Source of the DNA: Candidatus Eiseniibacteriota bacterium
GTDB lineage: Bacteria; Eisenbacteria; RBG-16-71-46; CAVPCR01; CBDCWB01
Length of the DNA: 34,960 nucleotides
Assembly (NCBI GenBank): GCA_050115055.1
Contig: JASFRE010000001.1
Coordinates: 1-34,960, forward strand
Direction: 5' to 3'
The notes beneath the pieces were generated by a model. It was given only the letters and a program-made list of their open reading frames with translations. It had not been told where the DNA came from and ran no database searches. A program made the translations under genes and the position numbers. Below are positions 32,950 through 34,960 of this stretch, one piece after another; the first letter of the stretch is position 1, and every line of letters begins with the position of its first letter.

Positions 32950-34785
32950 ATGGCGACCGAGGTGACAGGCCAGCGCGACGACCGCTCCCGCCGCGCGCGG
33001 ACCGATGGCCGGCCAGCAGCGCCGGGCAACGAGGCGGCCGCGCCGGCGCGTGCGCCGCGCTCCGGCCAGCCCAGCTCCGTCGAACCGCGGTCCGTCGAGC
33101 CGCGGCACGGCGAGCTGCGGCCCGACCCGCCGCGCCGCCCGACGGTGGCCTGGCGCTCGCGGCACGCGGCCGGCTTCGTGGCCGGCAGCGTGGCGCTGGC
33201 GGCCGCGGTCACCATCGCCGCCGGACACCTGCCGCCGCTCGTGATCGGCATCGGCCTCGCCGCGGCGCTGGTCGGCCTCGGCGCCCTGACGTTGCCGCCG
33301 CGTTCCGCCGCCCCGTCCGATCGCGGCACCGGCTGGCGCCACGCCATGCCCTGCCACGTCTCGGTGCAGGACCGCGATCTCCGCATCATCGAGACCAACC
33401 AGCTCTTCCAGCGCGACTTCGGTGATCGCGAAGGCGAGCACTGCTACGCGGTCTACAAGAAGAGCGACGCGCCCTGTCCGGCGTGCCCGGTGCTCCGGAC
33501 CTTTGCCGACGGCGAGGTGCATACGAGCGAGGAGACGGTCATTGCACGCGATGGCCGGCGGGCGCACGTCGTCGTCACCTCGGCGCCGGTCCTCGATGAG
33601 CACGGCGCGGTGAGCGCGGTCATGGAGATGTCCACCGACGTCACCGAGCTCAAGAACCTGCAGCGCGAGCTCGAGCAGAGCCGCCGGGACTTCAAGCGGC
33701 TCTTCGAGGCGGTGCCCTGCCACATCTGCGTGCTCGATCGCGATCTGCGCATCATCGGCGCCAACCGGCTCTACCAGCAGGACTTCGACGTGACGCCCGG
33801 CCGCCGCTGCTTCGAGGTCTGCAAGCACGCACCGGAGCCCTGCCCGGATTGCCTGGTGGCCCACACCTTCGAGGATGGCCGGATCCACTCGAGCGAGGAG
33901 ACGCTGACCACCGGCGACGGCCGCCAGCTCGACCTCGTCGTGCACTCGATGCCGGTGCGCGACGATGCGGGCGCGATCACCGCGGTCATGGAGGTGTTCA
34001 CCGACATCACCGAGGTCAAGAAGCTCCAGCGCCAGCTGACGCTGATGGGACGGGCGGTCGCCGGCATGGCCCATCGCATCAAGAACATCCTGATGGGACT
34101 CGAGGGCGGCATCTACGTCGTCAACACCGGCATGCAGTCGGACGATCGGGAGCTCCTCGACGAAGGCTGGCGCATGGTCGAGACCAACGTCAACAAGGTG
34201 TCGCGCCTGGTCAAGGACCTCCTCTACTGCTCCAAGGAGCGCCAACCGAAGTTCAAGGACGGCGTCAGCCCGCAGGAGATCGCGCGCCAGGTGCACGAGC
34301 TCTACGCCGGTCGCGCGTCCGACGCCGGCATCGACTTCGAGCTCGAGATCGGCGAGGCTCCGACCCGCGGCACGTTCGATCCCGACGGACTCTTCAACCT
34401 CCTCTCCAACCTGATCGCCAACGCCATCGACGCCTGCCGGTTCGACCCCGACGAGACGAAGACCGCGCACACGATCTTCCTGCGGTGCCATCAGGAGACC
34501 GGCGACCACACCGTGTTCGAGGTCGAGGACGACGGCGTCGGCATCCCCGAGGACGTGAGCGGCAAGGTCTTCGAGGACTTCTTCTCGACCAAGGGCACCG
34601 AGGGCACCGGCATCGGGCTGCTGGTCGTGCAGAAGGTCGCCGAGGAGCACGGCGGCACCGTCAGCTTCTCGACCCGCCAGGGAACCGGCACGCGCTTCCG
34701 CGTCATGCTGCCGCCGCGCCGGCCCGGCGTGGGGACCGGCCCGGCGGCGACGGGGCGCGGCGACGAGGCGGCGGGCGACCGGTAG
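32950..34785 (+). CDS. Membrane-anchored sensor histidine kinase with two tandem Cys-rich PAS-like domains
   Basis: High third-position GC runs from the ATG at 32950. There is a hydrophobic segment (FVAGSVALAAAVTIAAGHLPPLVIGIGLAAALVGLGALTL). Two homologous about 115-aa PAS-like units follow. The kinase core has an H box (AGMAHRIKNIL), N box (NLLSNLIANAIDA), G1 (VEDDGVGIPED) and G2 (STKGTEGTGIGL). Confidence 0.85.
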   Translation: MATEVTGQRDDRSRRARTDGRPAAPGNEAAAPARAPRSGQPSSVEPRSVEPRHGELRPDPPRRPTVAWRSRHAAGFVAGSVALAAAVTIAAGHLPPLVIGIGLAAALVGLGALTLPPRSAAPSDRGTGWRHAMPCHVSVQDRDLRIIETNQLFQRDFGDREGEHCYAVYKKSDAPCPACPVLRTFADGEVHTSEETVIARDGRRAHVVVTSAPVLDEHGAVSAVMEMSTDVTELKNLQRELEQSRRDFKRLFEAVPCHICVLDRDLRIIGANRLYQQDFDVTPGRRCFEVCKHAPEPCPDCLVAHTFEDGRIHSSEETLTTGDGRQLDLVVHSMPVRDDAGAITAVMEVFTDITEVKKLQRQLTLMGRAVAGMAHRIKNILMGLEGGIYVVNTGMQSDDRELLDEGWRMVETNVNKVSRLVKDLLYCSKERQPKFKDGVSPQEIARQVHELYAGRASDAGIDFELEIGEAPTRGTFDPDGLFNLLSNLIANAIDACRFDPDETKTAHTIFLRCHQETGDHTVFEVEDDGVGIPEDVSGKVFEDFFSTKGTEGTGIGLLVVQKVAEEHGGTVSFSTRQGTGTRFRVMLPPRRPGVGTGPAATGRGDEAAGDR

Positions 34786-34890
34786 TCTCGGGCCTCGAGA
34801 CAGCAATCGCTGCCATCCTCCCGGATACCGCTCGAGTCCCTGTTTCTCAACGGACTGGCAGTGAAATCGGGGGCACGGGCACGGCCCGCC

Positions 34891-34921
34891 TTGACATTTT
34901 GTTTAGATAAATTTATTGACA
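34891..34921 (+). promoter_or_regulatory. AT-rich island with two TTGACA hexamers (34891-34896, 34916-34921); TTGACA-17 nt-TATTGA sigma70-like promoter candidate facing the right window edge
   Basis: ccTTGACAttttgtttagataaattTATTGACAcg is seen directly. This about 40-nt stretch is strongly AT-enriched in a 70% GC background. The downstream gene lies outside the window. Confidence 0.35.
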
Positions 34922-34960
34922 CGATCGCGGCCCGGGAGGGTCTCAAGGGGGACCGAGACA

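Noticed and set aside
32617-34806. 729-aa minus-strand ORF antisense to the histidine kinase and receiver
   Set aside because: It is a shadow ORF. The + strand shows H, N, G1 and G2 kinase boxes and a canonical receiver, while the minus-strand product has no recognisable features.
1-34960. CRISPR arrays, IS elements, integrases, prophage genes, toxin-antitoxin pairs or known defence-system genes
   Set aside because: I found no direct-repeat/spacer periodicity, no terminal inverted repeats flanking a transposase-like ORF, and no recognisable nuclease, helicase or methylase motifs of defence systems. Apart from short promoter-like AT-rich islands, the GC composition is uniform, so there is no sign of a recently acquired island.

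Overview
This is about 35 kb of roughly 70% GC bacterial chromosome. I saw no rRNA, tRNA, CRISPR array, transposase or integrase. Most long ORFs in the six-frame track are GC-driven antisense or out-of-frame shadows. I support 24 protein-coding genes.

Genes from left to right:
- A 5' portion of a five-heme c-type cytochrome with PKD and FlgD-Ig/T9SS-like domains. It is absent from the ORF track because it runs off the left edge.
- An FNR-like regulator, with a near-consensus FNR box between it and the cytochrome gene.
- A di-heme cytochrome c peroxidase and a PPC-like secreted protein, both carrying the same about 80-aa C-terminal sorting-type domain.
- A glycerol-1-phosphate dehydrogenase (archaeal-lipid-type enzyme) 5 nt downstream of, and probably co-transcribed with, an MscS-like membrane protein gene.
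- A stand-alone MgtE N-domain+CBS protein overlapping a full-length MgtE.
- A minus-strand five-gene operon: DUF2760 membrane protein, Hsp70-like ATPase, giant Hsp70-like ATPase, SixA-type phosphatase and SpoT/Mesh1-like HD hydrolase.
- A GT4 glycosyltransferase, a sodium:alanine symporter, a GFA-family protein and a six-bladed secreted propeller.
- A 1241-aa gingipain-like C25 peptidase.
- A redox cluster: Rrf2 regulator, NarI/DsrM-like cytochrome b, HdrD/DsrK-like Fe-S protein, HEAT-repeat protein, CheY-like receiver and a histidine kinase with two duplicated 4-Cys PAS domains.

The best candidate for an uncharacterised system is the DUF2760 / double-Hsp70 / SixA / HD operon. The composition and the FlgD-Ig-type C-terminal domains suggest an FCB-group or Gemmatimonadota-like uncultured lineage. 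That taxonomic placement is inference only. All product calls come from motif recognition by eye; no searches were run.
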